DNA from: a virus
Virus record (IMG/VR): IMGVR_UViG_2856349417_000002
Location: 1-64,000 of that record
Direction: 5' to 3' (one strand)
Length of the DNA: 64,000 bases
Shown here piece by piece: positions 34,938 to 42,822 of this stretch (positions within the stretch are counted from its first letter, which is position 1; each line of letters begins with the position of its first letter). The translations under genes and the position numbers were made by a program. Below the pieces are notes generated by a model. It was not told where the DNA came from. It made no database searches and saw only the letters and a program-made list of their open reading frames with translations.

Positions 34938-35085
34938 AAGGTGACCGACGAAGATCAGCCGTTAGAGAAACGACAAGGGCAGATCGGCGGTCTGTTTCAG
35001 GGGGTAGGCGCTGATTTGCACAGCAAGATCAGGCTGCACGATTAATCGCCGACCCTCCCCCTTTGTGTCAAGAGGAGAGATTTTT

Positions 35086-35361
35086 ATGGATTTGACCAAT
35101 CCACAGGGCAAAACGAGGCGCTATCGCGTCATCTGGGAGATCGACTTCGAAGGCGAAGGTGATCCCGAAGCAGCGGCCCGTTGGGCTTGGGCCACCCTGC
35201 GCAAGCCGGAATCGACCGCGAACGTGTTCACCGTCATCCACGAGAACGGCGAGCAAGTGAAGGTCGATTTCCAGGAAATCGACGATTTTGGCGCGCTGGA
35301 GGAAATTGCGAAGCTTACGGATGCCGAGGAAGACGAGACCGAACTGGAGGCGGCGGAGTGA
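35086..35361 (+). CDS. Small acidic protein (91 aa) coupled to the C5 methyltransferase
   Basis: ATG at 35086 follows GAGGAG. Acidic C-terminus DFQEIDDFGALEEIAKLTDAEEDETELEAAE. The stop overlaps the methyltransferase GTG (GTGA). Confidence 0.6.
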   Translation: MDLTNPQGKTRRYRVIWEIDFEGEGDPEAAARWAWATLRKPESTANVFTVIHENGEQVKVDFQEIDDFGALEEIAKLTDAEEDETELEAAE

Positions 35362-37577
35362 ACCAGCTCTCATCCGTCGTCGAATATCGGCATTTCCATC
35401 TTTTCTGCGGCCTCGGCGGCGGAGCGAAGGGTTTCAACAAAGGCCACGCGCGGGTCGGCAGCCTCCAGGCAAGATGGCGCTGCATCGGCGGTGTCGACAA
35501 CGACCCGGCCGCCATCCGCGATTTCAGTCGAGCGGCAGACGTTCAAGGCACAGTTCTTGATATGTTCTCACGCGAGCAGTTCGTGGCGTTCCATGGGCGC
35601 GAGCCTGCCGCTGACTGGCGCGAAGCGACCCCGGATGATATCCGCCGCGCCGCACATGGCGAGCGCCCGCACGCGGTGTTTCTCTCGGCACCATGCAAGG
35701 GGTTTTCGGGCCTTCTGCCAGAAGCTTCGAGCGCGACCGACAAGTATCAGGCCCTGAATGGTCTGACGCTCCGAGGCGTCTGGCTGATGCTGGAGGCATG
35801 GAAGGATGATCCGCCCGAGCTGATCGTCTTCGAGAACGTGCCTCGGATCGCCAAGCGCGGCCGCAAGCTGCTCGACCAGATCGTCGCGCTGCTCCGCTCC
35901 TATGGCTACGCGGTGCGCGAGACGACCCACGATTGCGGCGAGCTGGGCGGGCTCGGCCAGAGCCGCAAGCGTTTCCTGCTGGTGGCGCGCCACGAGGCGA
36001 AGGTGCCGCCCTTCCTCTACGAGCCAGAGAAGCGGCGCCTTCGCGGCGTCGGCGAGATCCTCGAAAAACTGCCGCGCCCGGGCGACATGAACGCCGGCCC
36101 GATGCACCGTATGCCGGCGCTGCAATGGAAAACATGGGTTCGCCTCGCCTTCGTCGAGGCCGGCTCGGACTGGCGTTCGCTCAACAAGCTGACGGTCGAG
36201 AATGGGATGCTACGGGATTTCGGGATTCTCCCCGACGTCGAGTGGCAAGCCGGCGTGCTCGGCGTGCATCGCTGGACCGATACCAGCGGCGTTGTCGCCG
36301 GTCGATCGACCCCGACCAATGGCTCCTTTTCAGTCGCCGATCCACGAGTGCCCAAGGCATCGGAAGATTTCAAGGGCCTTCGCGTCGTCGATTGGGGGCA
36401 TGAGGCCGGCACAATCACGACGCAGCGCAGCCCGGGATCGAGCGCGCAGAGCGTCGCCGACCCGCGAGTTGATGGTCATGAGAGATCGGTGCAGCTCGGC
36501 GTGCGCCGATGGGACCAGCCGGCGGCCGTGGTGAAGGGCGACGTTTCGGTCGGCTCGGGTCCCTACGCCGTCTCCGACCCGCGCATGGAAGGCAAGCCGC
36601 GCTTCAACAATACGTTCCGCATCGTGCCATGGGCGGCGAATGCGCCGGCCGTCGCCGGTCCTGGTGGCCCAGCTGGCGGCTTGGCCGTCGCCGATCCGCG
36701 TCCCTCGCAGCGCGACGACTACAAGCAGACGAAATACCGCGTCACTGGCCTCGACGAAGCTGCAGGCGCTGTCATTGGCGCGTCGACTACCGGCAACGGC
36801 GCCTATGCCGTAGCAGACCCGGCAATGAATTGGGGCGAAAACGCCCATGGCACCAAGCTTGCGGTGAAGGGCTGGGATGAGCCCGCCAACGTCGTCTCTG
36901 GTGCCAGGATCCTGTCGGGCGGCGGAGCGGTGGCCGACCCGCGCGTCGAGGCGGACCGTTCATCCACTTACGGCGTGCGGAAATGGGATGAGCCGACCGG
37001 CGTGGTGCAGGGCGAGAGCTTTCCGACGAATGGCGCATTCTCGGTCGCGGATCCTCGGCCGGTCGGGCTCAATGCGAACCGGGACCACTACAAGACCGGC
37101 GGTCACTATGGCGTCGTGCCTTGGGACGAGACAGGCTACGCCGTTCCAGGCTTCGCGAAATATGATCGCGGCCATTGGTCCGTTGCCGATCCGCGCGACA
37201 CCGATGCCGAGCCTCTGTTCGAACTGCCAAAGCCGGAAGATCGTCTAGTTGCAGTCATCCGTGCCCTCGACAACACATGGCACCGGCCGTTCACGACGTT
37301 GGAACTAGCGGCGCTCCAGAGCCTCGTCGATCCGGACGAGCTGGACGGCTTCAAACTCGACGGCCAGTCCGATTCCGCCTGGCGCGAGCGGATCGGCAAC
37401 GCCGTGCCGCCTCATGCCGCAGCGGCAATCGCCAGCGTCATGGCGACGACCCTTCTCCTGGCGATGACGGGCGAGACCTTCATGCTCAGCAGTCAACCTA
37501 TCTGGGTGCGCGATGTTGCGGTCGCTCTTGCCGTCGACGATCGCGGCAATATCCCCGACGAGGATATTTCTGCTTGA
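35358..37577 (+). CDS. DNA (cytosine-5) methyltransferase with a ~450-aa repeat-built variable region (739 aa)
   Basis: Motifs: I FHLFCGLGGG, IV SAPCKGFSG, VI FENVPR, VIII QSRKRFLLVA, X GNAVPP. GTG at 35358 lies 7 nt after GGAGG. Confidence 0.9.
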   Translation: MNQLSSVVEYRHFHLFCGLGGGAKGFNKGHARVGSLQARWRCIGGVDNDPAAIRDFSRAADVQGTVLDMFSREQFVAFHGREPAADWREATPDDIRRAAHGERPHAVFLSAPCKGFSGLLPEASSATDKYQALNGLTLRGVWLMLEAWKDDPPELIVFENVPRIAKRGRKLLDQIVALLRSYGYAVRETTHDCGELGGLGQSRKRFLLVARHEAKVPPFLYEPEKRRLRGVGEILEKLPRPGDMNAGPMHRMPALQWKTWVRLAFVEAGSDWRSLNKLTVENGMLRDFGILPDVEWQAGVLGVHRWTDTSGVVAGRSTPTNGSFSVADPRVPKASEDFKGLRVVDWGHEAGTITTQRSPGSSAQSVADPRVDGHERSVQLGVRRWDQPAAVVKGDVSVGSGPYAVSDPRMEGKPRFNNTFRIVPWAANAPAVAGPGGPAGGLAVADPRPSQRDDYKQTKYRVTGLDEAAGAVIGASTTGNGAYAVADPAMNWGENAHGTKLAVKGWDEPANVVSGARILSGGGAVADPRVEADRSSTYGVRKWDEPTGVVQGESFPTNGAFSVADPRPVGLNANRDHYKTGGHYGVVPWDETGYAVPGFAKYDRGHWSVADPRDTDAEPLFELPKPEDRLVAVIRALDNTWHRPFTTLELAALQSLVDPDELDGFKLDGQSDSAWRERIGNAVPPHAAAAIASVMATTLLLAMTGETFMLSSQPIWVRDVAVALAVDDRGNIPDEDISA
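36258..37196 (+). repeat. Eight tandem 114-138-bp coding modules, each ending in V-[AS]-D-P-[RA]
   Basis: The VADPR-type motifs start at 36333, 36453, 36570, 36687, 36810, 36930, 37044 and 37182. Modules share W-D-x-P/A...V.G...G.[FY][SA]VADPR. Confidence 0.85.
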
Positions 37578-37622
37578 CCCGCTTGTAACCATTTTGGTTA
37601 CATCGTATATTGAAGTGGTTAC
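37574..37622 (+). promoter_or_regulatory. Promoter/operator cassette: TTGACC - 5 nt - GTAACCA-ttt-TGGTTAC, plus a downstream TGGTTAC
   Basis: The -35-like hexamer contains the methyltransferase stop codon. The palindrome is at 37585-37601 and the extra half-site at 37616-37622. Same architecture as 58142-58169. Confidence 0.55.
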
Positions 37623-37636
37623 AAGGGAGCACGAAA

Positions 37637-37780
37637 ATGCGACTGATCGAGAAGCACGGCAACATCGCCATCTGGGAAGTCGCCGAGGCGTGGGGCGTGG
37701 AGTTCTACGTCTACGGCGTTCTCTCCGATCCGATCGTTTGCCCGTCGCTCGACATGGCGCGCGCCAAGGCGCAGCTCTGA
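37637..37780 (+). CDS. Hypothetical 47-aa protein
   Basis: Not in the ORF track. AAGGGAG RBS lies 7 nt upstream. Hand translation: MRLIEKHGNIAIWEVAEAWGVEFYVYGVLSDPIVCPSLDMARAKAQL. Confidence 0.5.
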   Translation: MRLIEKHGNIAIWEVAEAWGVEFYVYGVLSDPIVCPSLDMARAKAQL

Positions 37781-37980
37781 TGAGCGCCGACCTCAAGCCT
37801 GTCGCCGAAGATTACTTGCGCGACGAGATCCACCTCAGACCCGGCTCGCGCCTCCACCGGCTCGTTGCCCGTCTGGCCGACACGTACATCGATGATCTCT
37901 CCGACGAGCGGATCATTGAACTGGAGCGCTTGGCCGACACGTTCCGGATCACGCACGCGGACGGGAGCCGCTTCTCCTGA
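37780..37980 (+). CDS. Hypothetical 66-aa protein
   Basis: ATG overlaps the upstream stop (TGATG). This is the C-terminal part of track ORF 37513-37980. Confidence 0.55.
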   Translation: MSADLKPVAEDYLRDEIHLRPGSRLHRLVARLADTYIDDLSDERIIELERLADTFRITHADGSRFS

Positions 37981-38108
37981 TGCCCTACTGCGACGACTGC
38001 CTTTCGCCCTTTCCTTTCGATGGAAACGAGAGCTGCCGCTGTCCTTCGTGCCGGGAGGCGCGGGACGAGGCGACAGCGGCTGAGGAAACCGGAGAAGACG
38101 AGCAATGA
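37980..38108 (+). CDS. 42-aa zinc-ribbon-like peptide
   Basis: Hand translation: MPYCDDCLSPFPFDGNESCRCPSCREARDEATAAEETGEDEQ. Coupled at both ends. Confidence 0.5.
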   Translation: MPYCDDCLSPFPFDGNESCRCPSCREARDEATAAEETGEDEQ

Positions 38109-38320
38109 GCCCGAAGAAGGACGCCTACATGCGCGGCTATCGCGACGGGTTCGAGGACGCAAAGCGCATCCTTGGGGAGACTGGCATGGTGCTCGGGACG
38201 GGGAAGGAACGCCCCTTGTCCGTTGGCGGTGACGCCGATGGTTACCCGGAAGCGCGGTTCGAAACCGCCTCTCTCCACCATTTTCAGGCAACGGAAGAAG
38301 GAGACGCGATGCACCGATAG
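38105..38320 (+). CDS. Hypothetical 71-aa protein
   Basis: Track ORF with an ATGA overlap upstream. Confidence 0.55.
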   Translation: MSPKKDAYMRGYRDGFEDAKRILGETGMVLGTGKERPLSVGGDADGYPEARFETASLHHFQATEEGDAMHR

Positions 38321-38394
38321 AGGCAACAAAATCCCTTCGATAGGAGCGGCGGTCGCCCGTCGCTCCGCTAATCCCTCCAAAAGACAGACCAACC

Positions 38395-38748
38395 ATGACC
38401 AGATTGCAACCATTTTGGCACCAAAGAAGCCTCGCGGTGCACGTTTCGATCATCGATTCCTTGGAGATGTTGAGCTCGTGGCACGGAGACTGCCCTCCTC
38501 AGGGAACAACGGGCGACTATGCGCTCGACATGCTTCTGGCCGACGCCTTCCGCGCCATGCTCTACCGGCACGAACTGAAAGACCGGCTTGCGTGGATCGA
38601 GCGCGAGGTGCAGCGGCCTCGCCGTCGGCAACTCGACGATCTCTACCACGCTGAATTGATCACCTGGTGGTTGGATCTGTTTGGCGCGACGAAGTTGCCG
38701 CCGATCGACGAGCGCATCGCCCAGCGGAGGCTCACATGCGTTTCCTGA
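38395..38748 (+). CDS. Hypothetical protein (117 aa)
   Basis: Track ORF. Codons 4-9 carry an operator-like palindrome. Confidence 0.55.
   Translation: MTRLQPFWHQRSLAVHVSIIDSLEMLSSWHGDCPPQGTTGDYALDMLLADAFRAMLYRHELKDRLAWIEREVQRPRRRQLDDLYHAELITWWLDLFGATKLPPIDERIAQRRLTCVS
38406..38422. promoter_or_regulatory. Operator-like palindrome GCAACCA-ttt-TGGCACC inside a coding sequence
   Basis: Read directly. Its half-sites are identical to those at 126-142. Confidence 0.4.
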
Positions 38749-39104
38749 TGATCGACCCCTTCACCAAACGCATCCGTGAGCATCAGACTCCGAAGCCGCT
38801 GACGCGCGATTTCTTCCGCGCCGAGATCGGCTGCGATTGGGTGCGGCGCGTCAAACTCACCGACCAGGTCGAGATGTGGATCGACGAGCAAGGTCTTTTC
38901 GACGCCACCAGCCGCCAGCAGTTCTTCACCTTCAACGGCTACGGCGCGATTCACGGTGGCCGCGCCATCGTCTGCGGCGCCTCGAAGCTGGGCGATTCCA
39001 TCAGCGTGCCGGCGAGTTTCAACATCCATACGCTTGAGCGCCATGTTCAATGGCTGGGCGGCGAACGGCGCGCGCAAGCGGCGGCTCTGGAAACGGTGCA
39101 GTGA
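38736..39104 (+). CDS. DUF3846-like protein (122 aa)
   Basis: ATG at 38736 lies 5 nt after GGAGG. The pattern MRFLMIDPFTKRI...VEMWIDEQGLF...GGRAIVCG resembles DUF3846 (from recall). Confidence 0.6.
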   Translation: MRFLMIDPFTKRIREHQTPKPLTRDFFRAEIGCDWVRRVKLTDQVEMWIDEQGLFDATSRQQFFTFNGYGAIHGGRAIVCGASKLGDSISVPASFNIHTLERHVQWLGGERRAQAAALETVQ

Positions 39105-39105
39105 G

Positions 39106-39381
39106 ATGAAGCTTCCAGGCATCGAAGTATTGGCCGCCGTTGCTACCGCCGTCTCGCCGCGCGGCGCCTATATCAATGATCAGGTCCAGCGCGCTCACGC
39201 TAAGGCGGTGAAGGCTGGCGCAATCGGGCATCCGCCGTCGACGGGCTTGGTCCTTCGGCGGCTTCGCTCACTCGAAAAGCGCGGGCTGATTGAGTGCGTC
39301 GGCGGCCCGGACGGCTATTACGGGTTCGAGTGGCGCATCACTGACGCGGGCCGCGCCGAGCTTGCTCGGAGGGCGTCATGA
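39106..39381 (+). CDS. Winged-helix DNA-binding protein (91 aa)
   Basis: LVLRRLRSLEKRGLIECVGGPDGYYGFEWRITDAGR is a MarR/PadR-like wHTH pattern. Confidence 0.6.
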   Translation: MKLPGIEVLAAVATAVSPRGAYINDQVQRAHAKAVKAGAIGHPPSTGLVLRRLRSLEKRGLIECVGGPDGYYGFEWRITDAGRAELARRAS

Positions 39382-40100
39382 CAGACCGTCCTATTTTATT
39401 TTCCAGCGCAATGGTGCGCGCGCTGCTCGCCAGCACGAAGTCGCAGACGCGGCGCGTGCTGAAGCCGCAGCCGCCATCATGGGCGACATTTTGCCAACAG
39501 CCGACGATGCTGAACGCACTTCATCAATGGGTGCCGTCAGGTCTTTGGGCATGGAGCGAGGAAGAGAAGAAACCGCCTAGCAAGCTCAGGCGCTGGCCGG
39601 TCGACGCCGCCGGCGATCACTATTGGCTGAACCCTCGCTATGCGGTCGGCGATCGCCTCTATGTCCGTGAAGAATACAGCTTCTGCCATTCGTGGGCCGG
39701 CGTCCCTCCGCGTGACGTAATCCCAGCCGCTCCCGTGTGGTGCTGGGCCGACGGCAATCCGTCCGATGGCGATTGGACTAAGCCGAAGCCTGGCATGCAC
39801 ATGCCGCGCTGGGCGTCGCGCCTCACGCTGACAGTGACCGATGTTCGCGTCCAGCAGCTGCAGGCGATCAGCGAGACCGATGCGATTGCTGAAGGTTGTC
39901 CCGTGTCGACAGTGCCAGGCACCATCGGGCACCCGCTCTGTCAGGTCGGCTTCAACGAAATGGGAACGCCGATATTCTGGTATCGGAAGCTCTGGAACAG
40001 CCTCAATGAGTCGCGCGGCTTCGGCTGGAACGCCAATCCCTGGGTGATCGCCGTCTCTTTCACAGTCGAGCGCTGCAACATCGATGCGGTGCCCGCATGA
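39378..40100 (+). CDS. ASCH/PUA-like phage protein (240 aa)
   Basis: The N-terminus ILFSSAMVRALLASTKSQTRRVLK, plus MPRWASRLTLTVTDVRVQQLQAISETDAIAEG, is typical of this phage family. Confidence 0.7.
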   Translation: MTDRPILFSSAMVRALLASTKSQTRRVLKPQPPSWATFCQQPTMLNALHQWVPSGLWAWSEEEKKPPSKLRRWPVDAAGDHYWLNPRYAVGDRLYVREEYSFCHSWAGVPPRDVIPAAPVWCWADGNPSDGDWTKPKPGMHMPRWASRLTLTVTDVRVQQLQAISETDAIAEGCPVSTVPGTIGHPLCQVGFNEMGTPIFWYRKLWNSLNESRGFGWNANPWVIAVSFTVERCNIDAVPA

Positions 40101-40140
40101 ACCCCCGGGCCGGCTCCCACTCCCTAGGCCGGCCTTGCCT

Positions 40141-40177
40141 GGCCCGCAGCGGTGCCGATTCCGCTGCGGGCCTTTTT
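40141..40177 (+). terminator. Strong rho-independent terminator
   Basis: GGCCCGCAGCGG-tgccgatt-CCGCTGCGGGCC followed by TTTTT. Confidence 0.85.
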
Positions 40178-40202
40178 CCATTCAACCGACTGGAGCCATG
40201 AC

Positions 40203-40709
40203 ATGGAACAGACGCAACTAAGCGATCTCCAACTGGCGGCTCACACGGCTCGAGTTTGCCGGGAGGCACTGCTCTTGGATGAAGCGGCGCGCGTAGCCAT
40301 GCGCGATCCGGCAAAGGCTAGGGAATTATTGGGGGAAATCGAGAAAACCGGCCTTCTGTCATATTTGCGAGACGGCGTGGTCATGCTCATCCACAAAACC
40401 CTTCTGGACGGCAGAGTGCAGGAGTCCGACATCCGCGACGAGTTTTACAAGAACCTGGAGCGCTACCTGCCTGGCGCGCATCAGACGACCGTGGAAATTA
40501 TTCGCAGGAACATCCCAGATGGCTTCGTTGAATGGAAAAGGCGCGAATGCCCGGTAGAGGTCAAGCTCACCGTCTTCGACGATAGAGCGCTGAAGCAGCT
40601 CCATCGGTACATGACCGTCTACGATGCCGAGATGGGAATTGCCGTCGCGCCAAAGCTCAAGTGCGAACTTCCGGCCAATATCCACTTTGTCGAGGTGCAT
40701 GCACCATGA
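40203..40709 (+). CDS. PD-(D/E)xK-like small protein (168 aa)
   Basis: ATG at 40203 lies 7 nt after GGAG. The C-terminus IPDGFVEWKRRECPVEVKL fits the D...E-x-K pattern. GC is lower than in the neighbours. Confidence 0.55.
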   Translation: MEQTQLSDLQLAAHTARVCREALLLDEAARVAMRDPAKARELLGEIEKTGLLSYLRDGVVMLIHKTLLDGRVQESDIRDEFYKNLERYLPGAHQTTVEIIRRNIPDGFVEWKRRECPVEVKLTVFDDRALKQLHRYMTVYDAEMGIAVAPKLKCELPANIHFVEVHAP

Positions 40710-41464
40710 CACAGCTGGCACCCAACTATATCCACGGCCCGACGCCGGTCGTGTTCGCACGAAACGGCGAGGTTTATGCGACGAGCCGCGACGTGGCGGC
40801 TTACTTCGAAAAAAACCACCGCGACGTCACCCGCGCGATCGACAATCTGCTCGATCAGAAGCCGAGCCTAGCCCTGCGCCATTTTGCGCAGGGGGTCTAT
40901 CACCTTCCGGAGACAGGTTCGCAGCAGCATCGCTACTTCGATATGAACCGCCAAGGCTTCACTCTGCTTGGCATGGGATTCACTGGAGAGAAGGCGCTCG
41001 ATTTCAAGCTCGCCTATATGGAGGCTTTCGACCGGATGGAGGCGGCGCTGAAAAAAGCTTCCCCGCCGCTCGATCTCAATGACCCTGCAACCCTTCGCGG
41101 ATTGCTCGCCTCCTATGCTGACAAGGCGCTGGAACTCCAGAAAGAGGTCGACCAGCTACGCCCCTCGCAAATCGCGCTGGAGCGCATTTCGGTGGCCGAC
41201 GGCTCGCTCTGTATAACGGATGCTGCAAAAGCCCTCCAGATGCAGCCCAAGGAACTGTTCGCCCGGTTGCAGCGGAACGGCTGGATCTACAAGCGGCCGG
41301 GCTCGGACCATTATCTCGGCTATCAGTCGAGGACGCAGGCGGGATTGCTGGAGCACAAGGTGACGACGGTTCTCCGCGGCGACGGGACGGAAAAGGTCAC
41401 GGAGCAGGTCCGCATCACGCCGAAGGGGTTGACGAAGATCGCTGAGCTGATGGCGCGGCATTGA
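40706..41464 (+). CDS. Antirepressor: Rha-type N-domain + KilAC/ANT-type C-domain
   Basis: VVFARNGEVYATSRDVAAYFEKNHRDVTRAIDNL (Rha-type) and ITDAAKALQMQPKELFARLQRNGWIYKR (KilAC-type). ATGA overlap with the upstream gene. Confidence 0.8.
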   Translation: MTQLAPNYIHGPTPVVFARNGEVYATSRDVAAYFEKNHRDVTRAIDNLLDQKPSLALRHFAQGVYHLPETGSQQHRYFDMNRQGFTLLGMGFTGEKALDFKLAYMEAFDRMEAALKKASPPLDLNDPATLRGLLASYADKALELQKEVDQLRPSQIALERISVADGSLCITDAAKALQMQPKELFARLQRNGWIYKRPGSDHYLGYQSRTQAGLLEHKVTTVLRGDGTEKVTEQVRITPKGLTKIAELMARH

Positions 41465-41657
41465 GCTCGGCCGCAAGTTTCTCGCACCGCTTGCATCGCG
41501 TTGACGATCCTTCTTCGAACAGATAGCCGGCCGGCGCGTCTTGGGCGCCGCAGAGCGAATGCGCAATTCCGGCACCGGCGCGCATGAAGTAGTGCGCCTT
41601 GCCTGGCGTCTTGGCCGCCCAGCCCTCGCGGAAACCCTTCAATCGCTCTCCGGTCAT
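41415..41657 (-). CDS. Hypothetical Cys-containing protein (80 aa)
   Basis: Track ORF and the last gene of the minus-strand early operon. Its 3' end overlaps the convergent antirepressor gene by 50 nt. Confidence 0.5.
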   Translation of the reverse strand: MTGERLKGFREGWAAKTPGKAHYFMRAGAGIAHSLCGAQDAPAGYLFEEGSSTRCKRCEKLAAELNAAPSAQRSSSTPSA

Positions 41658-41935
41658 GTCACTATGCGCTCCACCGGGATCATCCGGCCCTTGCGGAAGA
41701 TGCGGTTCGCCTCTTCCTTGGCGCGGCCAGCGACGTCACCCTCGCGCCTCATATGGCCATTCATCCACCGAAGCAGATGGAGGGTAACGGTTTTCTGAGC
41801 CTCAAGTTCAGTCAGGAAGACCATCGGCTTGCCGCCATCGGCCAGCACTGGCTCGGCCTGGCCGTCCTCGGCAAAGCGGAGCATGGCTTGGAAGCCGGCC
41901 CGGACGCGAACCGTGTATCCTTGAAAGCAATTCAT
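41654..41935 (-). CDS. Hypothetical protein (93 aa)
   Basis: Track ORF with ATGA overlaps at both ends. Confidence 0.55.
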   Translation of the reverse strand: MNCFQGYTVRVRAGFQAMLRFAEDGQAEPVLADGGKPMVFLTELEAQKTVTLHLLRWMNGHMRREGDVAGRAKEEANRIFRKGRMIPVERIVT

Positions 41936-42822
41936 GCGAACATCCCTGTCTGCTCGTCGTAGCGCTCACGCGTCTTTGCCGATCGGCGATAATCGGAGAA
42001 CGGCGTTTTCCGCCAGATGGCGGGCGAGTTCGCCCAGCGGGCGACGTCGCGCAGCAGCTGCTCGTTCCAGTCGAATCGCGGATGAGGCCGGCGCTCCAGC
42101 GAGTTGAGCTTCATGAAAGGCTGCACGTGCGGCTCGCCGCCCCAAGCGATCACCTCGCGGATCCGATCCATGCAGGCTGCGAACGGCTCATTGCCGATCA
42201 GAACATAGACACGCTTCCGGCGAGGCGAGACATCGGCCAGCATGTGCATGACGCGCTCGACGTAAGGGCGCTCGGCCGCGTCATCATAGGCGAAGCGCCA
42301 CGGGCCGCGATTGATGGCTTGCCAGCGGGCGTAAACATCGTCGTCAAAGGTTCGCGGCTCAAAACCGCTGTTGGCGTCCAGCAGCGGCACCCCGGCGGCC
42401 TGGTAGCGCGCAATGATGTGATCCTGGAAGTCTGCCGGCAAAGCCGAGAGGTTGTTGTCGCAGAGCACCGGGCGCACCGGGAAGTCAGGCAGCAGCGTGA
42501 AAGCCTTGCCTTCCATCTTCGGGACGATGCAGAACCAGCAGCCGACCGGGCATCCTCGGCTCGCGATCGTCGCCACGGGATTGTGTCGGGCGACAGCATC
42601 CGGGATATCGCCGCCGATCTCAGCGACATCAGCGAGGAACTTCTTGCGCGTGAACACGCCCGGACCACCGACGCGGACCTTCATGCCCTCGGCGCGATAC
42701 CAGCAGGCGCGGGAATAGGCCTCACCCAGCCGCCATGTGAACACGACCGAGATATAGGCGGTGTCGCCCTCAGTCCATTCGGCGAGGCCGCCAGACCAGC
42801 GGCCGAGGTCGTAGCCGCTCAT
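41932..42822 (-). CDS. Radical SAM-like protein (296 aa)
   Basis: ASRGCPVGCWFC gives the CX3CX2C cluster motif in the SRGCP..C.FC context. ATG at 42822 overlaps the upstream stop (ATGA). Confidence 0.7.
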   Translation of the reverse strand: MSGYDLGRWSGGLAEWTEGDTAYISVVFTWRLGEAYSRACWYRAEGMKVRVGGPGVFTRKKFLADVAEIGGDIPDAVARHNPVATIASRGCPVGCWFCIVPKMEGKAFTLLPDFPVRPVLCDNNLSALPADFQDHIIARYQAAGVPLLDANSGFEPRTFDDDVYARWQAINRGPWRFAYDDAAERPYVERVMHMLADVSPRRKRVYVLIGNEPFAACMDRIREVIAWGGEPHVQPFMKLNSLERRPHPRFDWNEQLLRDVARWANSPAIWRKTPFSDYRRSAKTRERYDEQTGMFA

